DNA from: Rhodoferax sp.
Lineage (GTDB): Bacteria > Pseudomonadota > Gammaproteobacteria > Burkholderiales > Burkholderiaceae_C
Reading direction: 5' to 3'
Length of the DNA: 64,000 nt
Assembly: GCA_029866205.1 (NCBI GenBank)
Contig: JARWZT010000004.1
Coordinates: 31,776-95,775 of the forward strand
Position numbers and translations under genes: made by a program. Shown piece by piece: positions 30,026-40,780 of the stretch. The notes below the pieces were generated by a model. That model made no database searches, was not told where the DNA came from, and was given only the letters and a program-made list of their open reading frames with translations. Each line of letters begins with the position of its first letter. The stretch's first letter is position 1.

Positions 30026-31270
30026 TTAGGCCAGGGTCACGCGCACAAACTTGCGCTTGCCCACCTGCAACACATAGGTGCCCGCGCCAAGTTTGAGCCC
30101 TTTGTCGCTCACCACCGCGCTGTCCACGCGCACGCCGCCGCCGTCAATCAGGCGGTTACCCGCGCCGCTGGAATCGGCCAAGCCGGCCATTTTCAGCAAG
30201 GCACCAATGCCCAGCGCCGTACCGCCTTCGCCCAAACCAAGCTGCATTTCGTCAATCTGGTCCGGAATGCCGCCCTGGCTGCGGTTGATAAAGTCCTGTT
30301 CGGCTGCGTCCGCCGCGGCCGCCGAGTGAAAGCGCGCCGTGATTTCTTTGGCCAACGCCACCTTGGCGTCCTTGGGGTTGCGTCCGGCGGCCACTTCCGC
30401 CTGCAGCGCGGCGATTTCGGCCTCGCTCTTGAAGCTCAGCAGGGTGTACCACTTCCACATCAGCACATCCGAAATACTCAACACCTTGGCAAACATGGTG
30501 TTGGGCTCTTCAGAGATGCCGATGTAGTTGTTTTTGCTCTTGGACATTTTCTCGACGCCGTCCAGACCTTCGAGCAGGGGCATGGTCAAAATGCACTGCG
30601 GCTCCTGGCCATATTCGGACTGCAGCTGGCGACCCACCAGCAGGTTGAACTTCTGGTCGGTGCCGCCAAGCTCGAGATCGCTCTCGAGCGCCACGCTGTC
30701 GTAGCCTTGCATTAGCGGGTACAAAAACTCGTGGACGCTGATCGACTGGCCCGCCTTGAATCGGTCATGAAAGTCGTTGCGCTCCATCATGCGTGCCACC
30801 GTGTAGCGGCTGGCCAGCTGGATCATGCCGCGCGCGCCCAGTGGGTCGCTCCACTCGCTGTTGTAGCGAATCTCGGTCTTGGCCGGATCCAGCACCAGAC
30901 TGGCTTGCTTGTAATAGGTTTCGGCGTTTTGCTTGATTTGCTCGGCGGTGAGCGGAGGGCGGGTGGTGTTGCGCCCGGACGGGTCACCAATCATGCTGGT
31001 GAAGTCGCCTATCAAAAAGATCACCGTGTGGCCCAGGTCCTGCAACTGGCGCATCTTGTTCAACACCACGGTGTGCCCCAGGTGGATGTCGGGCGCGGTC
31101 GGGTCCAGTCCGAGCTTGATACGCAGCGGCTTGCCCGTGGCCTCCGACCGGGCCAGCTTCTTGACCCACTCCTCCTGGGGGATGAGTTCGTCACAACCGC
31201 GCAGGGAAACGGACAAGGCCTCGCGCACGCGATCGGTCACAGGGTAGATAGAGGGGCTGGCTTGGTTCAT
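30026..31270 (-). CDS. tyrS: tyrosine-tRNA ligase (type 2)
   Basis: The ATG at 31270 gives [17 protein letters not shown] (HIGH), [10 protein letters not shown] (KMSKS) and a C-terminal S4 domain. Confidence 0.9.
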   Translation of the reverse strand: MNQASPSIYPVTDRVREALSVSLRGCDELIPQEEWVKKLARSEATGKPLRIKLGLDPTAPDIHLGHTVVLNKMRQLQDLGHTVIFLIGDFTSMIGDPSGRNTTRPPLTAEQIKQNAETYYKQASLVLDPAKTEIRYNSEWSDPLGARGMIQLASRYTVARMMERNDFHDRFKAGQSISVHEFLYPLMQGYDSVALESDLELGGTDQKFNLLVGRQLQSEYGQEPQCILTMPLLEGLDGVEKMSKSKNNYIGISEEPNTMFAKVLSISDVLMWKWYTLLSFKSEAEIAALQAEVAAGRNPKDAKVALAKEITARFHSAAAADAAEQDFINRSQGGIPDQIDEMQLGLGEGGTALGIGALLKMAGLADSSGAGNRLIDGGGVRVDSAVVSDKGLKLGAGTYVLQVGKRKFVRVTLA

Positions 31271-31399
31271 AAAGATGGTGTGAGGCTGAGGAAGGCTGTC
31301 GCTTTTTGGCCGGATTTTGAAGCCGATACAATGTGATTTGAATTTCACGCGCGTTTTGGCTCAGGCAGACGATTTTAGTCGCCGCCAAAGTGCACCCTG

Positions 31400-32827
31400 G
31401 TGTGGTGGCCCGTAGGCCCCTGCCCTGCGAGGAGCCCCATTTTGAGTTTGAACCTGACCGACGCGGTCCGAACCGCCGCAGAGCGTTTCGCCTTGGCACT
31501 GCACCAGCATCCAAAGCGTGTGCTTGCGGGCGTTGCCGCCCTTTTGCTGGGTGGCGCGGGCGCTAGTTTTGCGGTGGCCAACTTGGCCCCCGACGCCGCC
31601 AATCTGCCCCAACGCACATTGGTTGAGACCGTAGAACCGCTGCCTCTGGCACCCCAATTCGAAGCCCTGGCCACCCAGGCCATGCGCCTGTACCGCACCG
31701 ACCTGACCCGCAGCACCGATACGGCCGACACGCTCCTCAAGCGCTTGGGAGTGTCTGACGCCGCGGCAGCGGCCTTTTTGCGCAGCGATCGTCTGGTGCA
31801 GCAAACGCTGCTCGGCCGTGGCGGACGCAGCGTCAGCGCGGAAGTGGACGAACGCAGTGGTCTGCTGGCCTTGAGCGCCCGTTGGAGCCCCGAAGACGAC
31901 GGCAATTTCAAACGCCTCACGATCACCAAATCAGACCAAGGCTACACCTCAAAACTCGAAACCGTGCCCCTGAGCGTGAGCTCGCGGATTGCCGGTGGTG
32001 TGATCCGGTCTTCGCTCTTTGCCGCGACGGACGATGCCCGCATTCCGGATTCGATTGCGGTTCAGATGGCCGAAATCTTCTCGGGCGACATCGACTTTCA
32101 CCGCGCCCTGCGCAAGGGTGACCGCTTTTCGGTGGTGTACGAAACCCTTGAGGGCGATGGCGAACCCCTGCGCGCAGGCCGCGTGCTGAGCACTGAATTC
32201 GTCAATGCGGGCAAAACCTTCCAGGCCATGTGGTTCCAGGAACCGGTCGGCGCAGGCGCACCGACCGCGACCCATGCGCTCAGCAAAGGCGGCTACTACA
32301 CGCTGTCTGGCGAAAGCCTGCGTCGCGCGTTTTTGGCCTCCCCGATGGCTTTTTCCCGGGTGACCAGCGGATTTGCCATGCGGTTCCACCCGATTTTGCA
32401 AACCTGGCGCGCCCATCTGGGTGTTGACTACGGCGCTGCGACCGGTACGCCCGTGCGCACCGTGGGTGATGGAGTGGTCGAATTCGCGGGGGTGCAAAAC
32501 GGCTTTGGCAATGTCGTCATGGTCAAGCACGGCGGTGGCAACACCACGGTCTACGCCCACCTCAGCAAAATCAATGTTCGCACCGGACAGCGCGTGCAGC
32601 AAGGTGAAAACGTAGGCTTGGTCGGTGCAACCGGTTGGGCGACAGGACCGCATTTGCACTTCGAATTCCGTGTCAACGGCGTTCACAAAGACCCGCTCAC
32701 TTTGGCACGGGCGCAAACTGCGGTGCCCTTGGCCGCCGCACTCAAACCCCAGTTTGACAAGTCTGCCCAACTGGCGCGGGCCCAACTTAGCGCCGCTGCC
32801 CAGGTGCAGACCAGCAACGTCCAGTAA
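31400..32827 (+). CDS. M23-family murein endopeptidase
   Basis: HLGVDYGAATGTPVRTVGDGVV...GNVVMVKH...TVYAHLS...GATGWATGPHLHFEFRVNG is the LytM/M23 metal site. Start uncertain (GTG 31400 or TTG 31442). Confidence 0.8.
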   Translation: MWWPVGPCPARSPILSLNLTDAVRTAAERFALALHQHPKRVLAGVAALLLGGAGASFAVANLAPDAANLPQRTLVETVEPLPLAPQFEALATQAMRLYRTDLTRSTDTADTLLKRLGVSDAAAAAFLRSDRLVQQTLLGRGGRSVSAEVDERSGLLALSARWSPEDDGNFKRLTITKSDQGYTSKLETVPLSVSSRIAGGVIRSSLFAATDDARIPDSIAVQMAEIFSGDIDFHRALRKGDRFSVVYETLEGDGEPLRAGRVLSTEFVNAGKTFQAMWFQEPVGAGAPTATHALSKGGYYTLSGESLRRAFLASPMAFSRVTSGFAMRFHPILQTWRAHLGVDYGAATGTPVRTVGDGVVEFAGVQNGFGNVVMVKHGGGNTTVYAHLSKINVRTGQRVQQGENVGLVGATGWATGPHLHFEFRVNGVHKDPLTLARAQTAVPLAAALKPQFDKSAQLARAQLSAAAQVQTSNVQ

Positions 32828-32830
32828 GGG

Positions 32831-33976
32831 TTGGCGCCGGTGTCCGCGCCTGCGCTTTTCATCGGCCTGATGTCGGGCACGTCCATGGACGGCGTGGACG
32901 GCGTGCTGGCCGACTTCGGCCATCCTGGCCAGACCGCCCACGTCCTGGCCAGCGCGAGTCGTGCATTGAGCCCCGCACTGCGGCAAGAACTGCTGGCCCT
33001 GAACACCCCCGGAGAAAATGAGCTGCACCGCGCCGCCTTGGCTGCCAATGCCCTGGCCCGTCTGTACGCCGAAGTGGTGGCAGACTTGCTGCAACGCAGT
33101 GGGTTGGCATCCATCCAAATCATCGCCGTGGGCGCCCATGGCCAAACCGTACGGCACCGCCCCCAGGAATTTGACGGCACCGGCTACACCTTGCAGCTCA
33201 ACCAACCGGCCTTGCTGGCCGAGTTGTGCGGCATTGACGTCGTGGCCGACTTTCGCAGTCGCGACGTCGCCGCAGGAGGCCAAGGAGCACCGCTGGTGCC
33301 GCCCTTTCACCAGGCAGTTTTTGGCGACGCCACCCAAAACCGTGCGGTGCTCAATATTGGCGGCATCTCTAACGTCACGCTTTTGCCGGGAGCCGCAAAG
33401 CAGGCGGACACGCCGTTGATCGGCTTTGATTGCGGCCCAGGAAATGCGCTGATGGACGCCTGGTGCCAACTGCACACCGGCGCCCGCTATGACGACCGAG
33501 GGCGCTGGGCCGCACAAGGCGCCGTGCAGACCGCACTGCTCTCCGTCCTGCAAGAGGAAGCGTTCTTTTCCAAGCCGCCCCCAAAAAGCACGGGGCGCGA
33601 CCTGTTCAACCTGCCCTGGCTGCGCCAACGCCTGACCGGCTTTGAAGGCTTGGCCGCGCAAGATGTACAGGCGACGCTGACCGAGCTGACCGCCTGGGCC
33701 TGTGCGCAATCACTCCGATGGGCCACACACAGCCCCGAATTGCTGGTGGTGTGCGGCGGCGGCGCGCTGAACGATGTTTTGATGCAGCGCCTGCAGGCTG
33801 CGCTCGCAAGCACCCGTGTCTGCAGCTCGACGGACCTGGGCGTATCACCCACCGAGGTCGAAGCGCTGGCTTTTGCGTGGCTGGCACAGCAAACCCATTT
33901 GCGGCGAACCGCCAGCGTAGCAAGCGTTACGGGCGCACAAGGCGCCCGTATTTTGGGAGCCGTTTACCCGGCTTGA
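32831..33976 (+). CDS. anmK: anhydro-N-acetylmuramic acid kinase
   Basis: FIGLMSGTSMDGVDGVLADF N-terminus and overall AnmK-like sequence; non-ATG start. Confidence 0.85.
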   Translation: MAPVSAPALFIGLMSGTSMDGVDGVLADFGHPGQTAHVLASASRALSPALRQELLALNTPGENELHRAALAANALARLYAEVVADLLQRSGLASIQIIAVGAHGQTVRHRPQEFDGTGYTLQLNQPALLAELCGIDVVADFRSRDVAAGGQGAPLVPPFHQAVFGDATQNRAVLNIGGISNVTLLPGAAKQADTPLIGFDCGPGNALMDAWCQLHTGARYDDRGRWAAQGAVQTALLSVLQEEAFFSKPPPKSTGRDLFNLPWLRQRLTGFEGLAAQDVQATLTELTAWACAQSLRWATHSPELLVVCGGGALNDVLMQRLQAALASTRVCSSTDLGVSPTEVEALAFAWLAQQTHLRRTASVASVTGAQGARILGAVYPA

Positions 33977-34021
33977 GGATGGTCTGACCCGCAGTACGGT
34001 GGGTCAGACTGGAGACGACGC

Positions 34022-34387
34022 TTAGGCCGAGAAGGACGATCCGCAGCCGCAGGTCGTGGTGGCGTTGGGATTTTTGATTACGAATTGCGCACCTTGCAGG
34101 TCTTCTTTGTAATCAATTTCAGCACCCACCAGGTACTGGTAGCTCATCGCATCGATCAGCAAAGACACGCCATTCTTGGTCATGGTGGTGTCGTCTTCGT
34201 TGGTGATTTCGTCAAAGGTGAAGCCGTATTGGAAGCCTGAACAACCGCCGCCCTGCACAAAAACCCGCAGCTTCAGGTCGGTGTTGCCTTCTTCGGCAAT
34301 CAGATCCGCCACTTTAGCCGCTGCGCTGTCGGTAAACAGAATGGGTGCGGGCATTTCCGTGGGCATGGTTTCAGCAAGGGCGCTCAT
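34022..34387 (-). CDS. erpA: iron-sulfur cluster insertion protein ErpA (HesB/IscA family)
   Basis: [20 protein letters not shown]...CGCGSSFSA; 121 aa. Confidence 0.85.
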   Translation of the reverse strand: MSALAETMPTEMPAPILFTDSAAAKVADLIAEEGNTDLKLRVFVQGGGCSGFQYGFTFDEITNEDDTTMTKNGVSLLIDAMSYQYLVGAEIDYKEDLQGAQFVIKNPNATTTCGCGSSFSA

Positions 34388-34451
34388 AGGGGTCGTTCCG
34401 AAAAAATTGAAGAATTAGCGAAATGGTACAGCTTTTTGGTCGGGATTGAAT

Positions 34452-34847
34452 TCAATCCGGAATTGCCTCTGTTGCCAGTGCGGGCATTGGCGCATCGCCG
34501 AGGATGGGGGTCAACCGACCAGAAATCAACGCACCTTGGTGCATTTCAAGGGCGCCATATTCCACATCCCCTTCAATACGCGCGTTCGGCTGCAATTCCA
34601 GCATCAGCCGTGCCGACACGGCACCCTTGACGCTACCGTTGATGATGATGTGGTCCGCACTGACCGCCCCGGTGATCACCGCCGTCTCGGCAATCACCAA
34701 AATACTCGGGTTGTTATCGACCGGGCTCACATTCCCCGTAATGGAGCACTCAACACGCATGCCCTCGGCAAAAAAAATGTCCCCAACGACGCGTGCGCCC
34801 CGTGCGACCAAGCTCTTCAATGGGGGCTGCTTCTTTTTGTTAAACAT
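34452..34847 (-). CDS. bactofilin-family cytoskeletal protein
   Basis: 131 aa with repeated beta-helix-type G/V/I-rich hexad pattern (VVGDIFFAEGMRVECSITGNV...ITGAVSADHIIINGSVKG...IEGDVEYGALEM). Confidence 0.7.
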   Translation of the reverse strand: MFNKKKQPPLKSLVARGARVVGDIFFAEGMRVECSITGNVSPVDNNPSILVIAETAVITGAVSADHIIINGSVKGAVSARLMLELQPNARIEGDVEYGALEMHQGALISGRLTPILGDAPMPALATEAIPD

Positions 34848-34890
34848 ACAAATCCTAGGTTGCGATGGACATTCACCAACTGGTGGCGCA

Positions 34891-35571
34891 TTACATCTTG
34901 ATCGTCTGAGTGGCCCGTGCCACGCTACCTTCGACCACTTTGGCAGTCATACCTTTGATGCTAACTTGGGCCGGCACATCAAACACACCTTCCAGCCGAC
35001 CGTATTGCTGTACCTTGAGCGCGACGCTGGTACCCGATGCCGGACTGCTCCAAGGTTTACCCGCCAGCACGCCAGTAAAACTGATTTCCAGCTTCCCCAC
35101 CAGTTCAGGTGCATTTTTCTTGCTTTGAATGACCAGGACTTGCCAGCGAATTTTTCCATTTTCAAGTGCTTCGGCCTGCATACCGCGAATGGCAACGGCG
35201 TCAGCCGAGCCGGTTGGAATGAGCTTTTCAAAAAACCCAAGGTCATCCCGCAGGCGGCGGTTGTCATCGTCGAGTTGTTTTACCTGTGCGGCGAGGCGCT
35301 CACTGGAGGCCTTTTCTGCGGCCACCAATACGCCCGCGGTGTTGGCGATCGACTGCGCCTGATTGCGCTGTTCGTGGGCGGCATCCATCTCGATTTGCAG
35401 AGATTTGACCTTCTCGCGCAACTGCAGCAACTCGCTTTGGCTGCCGTTTTCCAGGCCGGCAATATCGCGTCCGAACTCAAAAGCCCACAGGCCAATGGCC
35501 GCGCAGAAGCCAAACACCAAGGCCACAATCGCCCATCGAACCGGCCAGGGCATGGCACTGCGCACCGCCAT
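34891..35571 (-). CDS. membrane-anchored coiled-coil protein (DUF-type, conserved partner of the bactofilin gene)
   Basis: The ATG at 35571 gives an N-terminal TM (WAIVALVFGFCAAIGLWAF), then a coiled coil (LQLREKVKSLQIEMDAAHEQRNQ...VKQLDDDNRRLRDDL) and a beta-rich C-terminus. The longer ORF to 35769 overlaps rpsI and was discarded. Confidence 0.5.
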   Translation of the reverse strand: MAVRSAMPWPVRWAIVALVFGFCAAIGLWAFEFGRDIAGLENGSQSELLQLREKVKSLQIEMDAAHEQRNQAQSIANTAGVLVAAEKASSERLAAQVKQLDDDNRRLRDDLGFFEKLIPTGSADAVAIRGMQAEALENGKIRWQVLVIQSKKNAPELVGKLEISFTGVLAGKPWSSPASGTSVALKVQQYGRLEGVFDVPAQVSIKGMTAKVVEGSVARATQTIKM

Positions 35572-35692
35572 GCGCGGGGCGCTGATGGTCAAACGGCGGC
35601 GTAAAAGTCGAAATCGCACGAAATGGGGTTCCCAAAAAGAACAAAAGCCACCCAAGCACTGCCCGGGCGGCTTTTTGCAATCCGGTGGAGGA

Positions 35693-36085
35693 TTAACGCT
35701 TGGAGAACTGCTTGCGACGGCGAGCGCCGTGGAAGCCGACCTTCTTACGTTCCACTTCGCGCGCATCACGCGTCACGAAGCCGGCTTGGCTCAGCATAGG
35801 CTTGAGCGTTGCATCGTAGTCGATCAGGGCGCGGGTGATGCCGTGGCGCGTGGCACCGGCTTGTCCCGACTCGCCACCACCGGCCACGTTGACCATGATG
35901 TCGAAAGTTTCGGCATGGTTGGTCAGCAGCAGAGGTTGCTTGCAGATCATGATCGAAGTTGCGCGACCGAAGAAGTTCTCGATGGCTTTGCCATTGACAA
36001 CGATCTGGCCGGAGCCTTTTTTCAGGAAAACACGGGCGACGCTGGATTTGCGACGGCCGGTTCCGTTGTTCCAATCACCGATCAT
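35693..36085 (-). CDS. rpsI: 30S ribosomal protein S9
   Basis: Contains [12 protein letters not shown] and ends RRRKQFSKR; 130 aa. Confidence 0.95.
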   Translation of the reverse strand: MIGDWNNGTGRRKSSVARVFLKKGSGQIVVNGKAIENFFGRATSIMICKQPLLLTNHAETFDIMVNVAGGGESGQAGATRHGITRALIDYDATLKPMLSQAGFVTRDAREVERKKVGFHGARRRKQFSKR

Positions 36086-36525
36086 TTGCCTGCTCCTGGG
36101 ATTTCCAGCACTTTGGGCTGCTGGGCGGTATGGGGATGCTCAGCACCGCCATAGACCTTGAGTTTCTTGATCATCGCGTAGCCCAAAGGGCCTTTTGGCA
36201 GCATGCCCTTGACGGCTTTTTCCAAAGCGCGGCCGGGGAACTTGGCTTGCATATCGCGAAAGTTGATGGCGGAAATGCCACCGGGGTAGCCGGAGTGGCT
36301 GTAGTACACCTTGTCAATGGACTTGGCGCCCGTGACGCGCAGCTGGGCTGCGTTGATGACGACAATATAGTCGCCGGTATCTACGTGAGGCGTGTAAATG
36401 GCCTTGTGTTTGCCGCGCAAACGGAGAGCAACTTCGCTGGCTACTCGTCCGAGGACCTTATCGGTCGCGTCAACCACAAACCACTCGTGCACGACCTCAG
36501 CGGGTTTTGCGCTGAAAGTTGACAT
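36082..36525 (-). CDS. rplM: 50S ribosomal protein L13
   Basis: [41 protein letters not shown]...; ATGA overlap with rpsI. Confidence 0.95.
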   Translation of the reverse strand: MSTFSAKPAEVVHEWFVVDATDKVLGRVASEVALRLRGKHKAIYTPHVDTGDYIVVINAAQLRVTGAKSIDKVYYSHSGYPGGISAINFRDMQAKFPGRALEKAVKGMLPKGPLGYAMIKKLKVYGGAEHPHTAQQPKVLEIPGAGK

Positions 36526-36650
36526 GAGTTTTCTCTTCTATGAAGGGGTTTGCAGGGCTCTTTTCCACGGTCGGCGCTCCACTAGCGGGAGCCTCTTAGG
36601 TGGGGTATAAAACTTCGCCGCGGAGCCACTAAAGCGCTGCGAAGCCCGCC

Positions 36651-36679
36651 AGTATAAGGGATTCGCGCTTTTTGACCAA
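36651..36679 (-). promoter_or_regulatory. candidate sigma70 promoter of rplM-rpsI
   Basis: The minus strand reads TTGGTC-17 nt-TATACT about 125 nt upstream of rplM. Pattern match only. Confidence 0.35.
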
Positions 36680-36736
36680 ATTTCCTCACCTTCGAGGGGT
36701 CGCAGAGCCGCGGTCACGAACCAAAGGGCCGGAACT

Positions 36737-38014
36737 TCAGGCCGTTTGCATCAAATACAGCGCCATGGCGTGGTAGGCGGGCAGCGAATGCGGATCAATG
36801 CCCAGATTGCCCGCAATATGGTGCGACCCATAGCGCGCAATCACCATTTCCGCCGCCGGGTCGATGTAAATCGCCTGGCCGTGGATGCCGCGCGCCATGT
36901 AGGCGCCGTGGGGGTTGTGTGAGATCCACCACATGCTTCGATAGCTCCAGCCCGGCAGCGTGTGGTAGCCCGCCGCGACAAACTTGGCTGGGTCAGCCCC
37001 TTTGCAAATGCCGTCCACCACGGCCTGGGGCACGACTTGCTGGCCCATGGCCCGGCCACCGTTGCGCATCATCTCGCCAAAGCGCGCCAGGTCGCGCAGG
37101 GTCGTATTCAGGCCGCCACCGGCAAATTCGGTGCCTGCCGTGTCCACGGTGATGTAGGCGTCATGCTCGGCACCCAGGCGCGACCAGATTCGCTGCGAGA
37201 GGTTTTGCGCCAGCGACAGGCCCGTGACGCGGCGAATGATCCAGCCCAGGGCGTCGGTGTTGACCGTCTTGTAGGCAAAGTTCTCACCATGGCGGCCCTG
37301 CTTTTCGACGGTTTGCAGGAATTCATAAAAACTCTCGGGCCCCTGGTAGCCCGGCGGGCGAGGAATCAAGCCTCCCGCCCGGGCATGGCTCCAGATTTCG
37401 GCTTGGGGGTCGGTATAGACCTCGCTGTACTGCAGACCGGTGGTCATGTCCATCACCTCGCGCACCGTGGCGTCACCAAAGGCGCTATCCGCCAGCTCAG
37501 GCACGTAATGGGCGACGGTGGCGGTATCGTCCAGCGCACCCTCGTGCACCAGGCACGCGGCAAGAGTGCCTATAAAAGACTTGGTGACTGAAAAAGCGAT
37601 GTGCGGCGTGTCCGCGTCCAGCGCGCCGAAGTAACGCTCATAGACGATGCTGCCACGATGCAGAACCACAATGCCGTCGGTGTAGTTGGCCAGCAAGGAC
37701 TCAGCCCAGGTCATGGTTTGATTCAGACCGATGGGACAAAAGCGCACAGCGTCCAAATCCTGGCGTTCGGCCCGGGGCAAGGCATGGACCGCGTTGGGGC
37801 CGCGCGCGACCACCTTGGTCGGCACCAAATCGCGGTAATGGCTGTTGGCCCAGCGATTTTGGGGGAAACGCATCATGCTGCCGTCCGCAAAACGCACGCG
37901 CTTGGCGGGTGGTGGTGGCGCGCCGTCCATCCAGCCCATGGTTCGTGGGTCGCTGTCCAGGGCATTGAGGAATTCGGGGCTAGCGCTGGGCAGGGAGCTG
38001 GGCTGGTTGGGCAT
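36737..38014 (-). CDS. serine hydrolase of the beta-lactamase/class C-related family
   Basis: 425 aa with the SxxK motif (FSVTKSF) in the expected position. Confidence 0.75.
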   Translation of the reverse strand: MPNQPSSLPSASPEFLNALDSDPRTMGWMDGAPPPPAKRVRFADGSMMRFPQNRWANSHYRDLVPTKVVARGPNAVHALPRAERQDLDAVRFCPIGLNQTMTWAESLLANYTDGIVVLHRGSIVYERYFGALDADTPHIAFSVTKSFIGTLAACLVHEGALDDTATVAHYVPELADSAFGDATVREVMDMTTGLQYSEVYTDPQAEIWSHARAGGLIPRPPGYQGPESFYEFLQTVEKQGRHGENFAYKTVNTDALGWIIRRVTGLSLAQNLSQRIWSRLGAEHDAYITVDTAGTEFAGGGLNTTLRDLARFGEMMRNGGRAMGQQVVPQAVVDGICKGADPAKFVAAGYHTLPGWSYRSMWWISHNPHGAYMARGIHGQAIYIDPAAEMVIARYGSHHIAGNLGIDPHSLPAYHAMALYLMQTA

Positions 38015-38114
38015 CAGGGTTCTCGCAAAAAGGGGGCATCCGACGGTCGTTCGCCGCGCACAGCTTAGCGCCTGCGGTGGGGAGCGGGGGTCACGCCGGT
38101 TACCATCGCCAGCT

Positions 38115-39005
38115 ATGTTCAGTTACCGACACGCCTTTCACGCTGGCAACCACGCCGACGTACTCAAACACACCGTCTTGCTTGCCGTGCTCAAGCACAT
38201 GGCGCAAAAAGAGACGCCTTTTACCGTGTTCGACACCCACGCGGGCGCCGGCCTGTACAGGCTCGATGGCGATTACGCCCAAACCAGCGCCGAGGCTGCA
38301 CAAGGCTTTTTGAAACTGGTGGCCGCCAAACCGGCCACCCCGCTGGCCCCGGCGGTGCAGGATTACGTCGACCTGGTGGCTAGCTTCAATTCTGGTGGTC
38401 AGTGGAAGGTCTATCCGGGCTCACCCTTCATCATTCAGCAGCACCTGCGCGGTCGCGACAAGCTCAAGCTGTTTGAATTGCACCCCACCGATGCCAAAAC
38501 GCTTTCGGCCAATATCGCCCAGCTCGAGGCCGGTCGTCAGGTGGCCATCGCGCTGGAAGACGGTTTTGAGGGCGTAAAGAAATTCTTGCCTCCGCCTTCC
38601 CGCCGCGCGCTCTTGTTTTGCGACCCGAGCTACGAAATCAAACACGACTACGCCCGCGTTCAAGCCATGGTGGCTGACGCACTGGTGCGCTTTGCCACCG
38701 GCACCTACGCGGTGTGGTACCCACTGATTCCCCGGCCTGAAGCGCATGACCTGCCGCGCAAACTCAAGACCCTGGCCGTGCGCGCAGGCAAAAGCTGGCT
38801 GGAGGCCACGCTGACCGTCAAATCCAGCAAGCTGCTGCACGATGACGAAGGCGAGACCATTCGCCCCGGCCTGCCTGCGAGCGGCGTGTTTTTGATCAAC
38901 CCGCCTTACACCCTGAAAGCAGCGCTCAAAGACGCGCTGCCGCAGCTCGCCACCATCCTCGGGCAAGACCAGCACGCCACGCACACGCTCGAATCGGGCG
39001 GCTAA
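38115..39005 (+). CDS. rlmJ: 23S rRNA (adenine2030-N6)-methyltransferase RlmJ
   Basis: The ATG at 38115 gives MFSYRHAFHAGNHADVLKH...YPGSP...DPSYE, the RlmJ signature. Confidence 0.85.
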   Translation: MFSYRHAFHAGNHADVLKHTVLLAVLKHMAQKETPFTVFDTHAGAGLYRLDGDYAQTSAEAAQGFLKLVAAKPATPLAPAVQDYVDLVASFNSGGQWKVYPGSPFIIQQHLRGRDKLKLFELHPTDAKTLSANIAQLEAGRQVAIALEDGFEGVKKFLPPPSRRALLFCDPSYEIKHDYARVQAMVADALVRFATGTYAVWYPLIPRPEAHDLPRKLKTLAVRAGKSWLEATLTVKSSKLLHDDEGETIRPGLPASGVFLINPPYTLKAALKDALPQLATILGQDQHATHTLESGG

Positions 39006-39031
39006 AACCGTCCCGACCCGGCGCGGCTGGT

Positions 39032-39904
39032 TCAGGCCACCAGCGTCAGCGGCGCTTGTTGCACAGGCGCCAAGCCCAATTGCTCGCAAATCGCCAGCGT
39101 AGGGCCGCTCTGGTTCAGCGTGTAGAAATGCAGTGACGGCGCACCGCCCGCGCGCAATTGCTCGCACAAACAGGTCACCACATCCAGGCCAAAGGCCTTG
39201 ATGGATTCCAGGTCGTCGCCATAGCTTTGCAGGCGCAGGCGAATCCAACGCGGAATCTCGGCGCCGCACAGATCTGAAAAACGCAGCAGCTGGGCTGCAT
39301 TCGTAATCGGCAAGATCCCCGGCACCACAGACAAGTTCAGGCCCGTGGCATCCATGTCTTCGAGAAGTCGAAAGTAAGCGTCAGAGTTGTAAAAATACTG
39401 CGTGATCGCAACATCGGCCCCAGCACGCGCCTTGGCGACCAATGCGTCAATGTCCGCTTGGGGAGAGTGCGCTTGCGGGTGGGTTTCCGGGTAGCAGGCG
39501 ACTGAAATATGGAAATCGTCGCCGGTCTCGGCCCGAATAAACGCCACCAGGTCCGAGGCGTACAAAAAATCGCCACCAAGGTAGCCCTCGGGCAAATCGC
39601 CGCGCAAGGCCACCAGGCGCTTGACGCCCATGGCTTTGAGTGTGGCGAGCTGCGCACGCACGGTGTCGCGCGTGGCGTTGATACAGGTGAAATGCGAGGC
39701 TGCGGCCAGACCTTCGTCCAGAATCTCTGCCACAGCCTTGAACGTGCCCTCTTGCGTGGAGCCTCCGGCACCAAAGGTGACCGAACAAAAGGACGGCTTG
39801 AGGGGGTAGAGCTGCTGGCGCACTAGGCGCAGCTTGTCGGCCCCTTCCGGTGTCTTAGGGGGGAAGAATTCCAGACTGACTGGAATCCGGGGGGTAGAAA
39901 ACAT
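39032..39904 (-). CDS. metF: methylenetetrahydrofolate reductase
   Basis: The ATG at 39904 gives SLEFFPPKTPEG...FCSVTFGAGGST...LVALRGD... Confidence 0.85.
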   Translation of the reverse strand: MFSTPRIPVSLEFFPPKTPEGADKLRLVRQQLYPLKPSFCSVTFGAGGSTQEGTFKAVAEILDEGLAAASHFTCINATRDTVRAQLATLKAMGVKRLVALRGDLPEGYLGGDFLYASDLVAFIRAETGDDFHISVACYPETHPQAHSPQADIDALVAKARAGADVAITQYFYNSDAYFRLLEDMDATGLNLSVVPGILPITNAAQLLRFSDLCGAEIPRWIRLRLQSYGDDLESIKAFGLDVVTCLCEQLRAGGAPSLHFYTLNQSGPTLAICEQLGLAPVQQAPLTLVA

Positions 39905-39911
39905 GGCGTTC

Positions 39912-40769
39912 TCATTCGGAAATTTCGGTTTCACCCGTTTTACGGGCGCAAATAAAGAACTCGCGGTTGCCGTCTCCACCCGCAATGGGGGAGTCAAACC
40001 ACGCAGTGACCGTGAGGCCCAAGTCAGCGCAGGCGTCTCGCAAGCGCTGTTCCACCAATACGTACATGGACGCGTCCTTGACGATGCCGCCTTTGCCAAC
40101 CTGCCCCGGCTGCAGTTCAAACTGCGGCTTGACCAGGGTCAGCAAGGTGCCGCCCGACTTGAGCAGGGGCACAACGGCCGGCAAGACCAACGTTTGGGAG
40201 ATGAAGGACAAGTCCGCCACCACCAGGTCAAACGCGGGAACAAACCCCTTGGCTTCCGAGTCAAAGGATTCAGCCAGATCGTCATCGTCTTCATCATCAA
40301 ACATGCCGTCCGCACCCACACTGTCCTCGTAGGCCGCGATCAGATCATCAGCCACCAAGGCGCGCGCGTTGACTTTTTCCACACACAGCACGCGCGGGTC
40401 GGAGCGAAGCTGGGGGTGCAATTGGGCGCTCCCCACGTCCACCCCCACTACCGACACGGCACCACGCTGCAACAGGCAGTCAGTAAAACCGCCCGTGGAC
40501 TGGCCCACATCCAGGCATGCAAAACCGGTCACATCCAGACCCAGGTGCATCAGGGCGGCTTCGAGCTTCAACCCGCCGCGTGACACATAGCGTGCCTCGG
40601 CATCGTTAAGCAGCCGCACCGGGGCATCCTCGGGCACATCGTCACCGTTTTTGGCCACCCGTTTCCAGGTGTCGCCTTGCTGCCACTCCACTCCATCGGC
40701 AATCAGGCGCTGGGCCTGGGAACGGGTGCTGGCAAGCTGGATCTGAACCAGCAGTTGGTCAATGCGCAT
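39912..40769 (-). CDS. tlyA: TlyA-family rRNA 2'-O-ribose methyltransferase (with acidic insertion)
   Basis: N-terminal S4 domain (MRIDQLLV...RSQAQRLI), YVSRGGLKLE and LDVGQSTGGFTDCLLQRGA (SAM motif I). An Asp/Glu-rich ~30-aa insert (DSVGADGMFDDEDDDDLAESFDSEAKG) lies before the DLSFIS motif. Confidence 0.75.
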   Translation of the reverse strand: MRIDQLLVQIQLASTRSQAQRLIADGVEWQQGDTWKRVAKNGDDVPEDAPVRLLNDAEARYVSRGGLKLEAALMHLGLDVTGFACLDVGQSTGGFTDCLLQRGAVSVVGVDVGSAQLHPQLRSDPRVLCVEKVNARALVADDLIAAYEDSVGADGMFDDEDDDDLAESFDSEAKGFVPAFDLVVADLSFISQTLVLPAVVPLLKSGGTLLTLVKPQFELQPGQVGKGGIVKDASMYVLVEQRLRDACADLGLTVTAWFDSPIAGGDGNREFFICARKTGETEISE

Positions 40770-40780
40770 TCAGTGGGACA

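Noticed and set aside
33982-34009. 9-bp inverted repeat (GTCTGACCC/GGGTCAGAC) between the convergent anmK and erpA genes
   Set aside because: It is plausibly a bidirectional transcription stop, but it lacks a U-run on either strand. It is noted but not annotated as a terminator.
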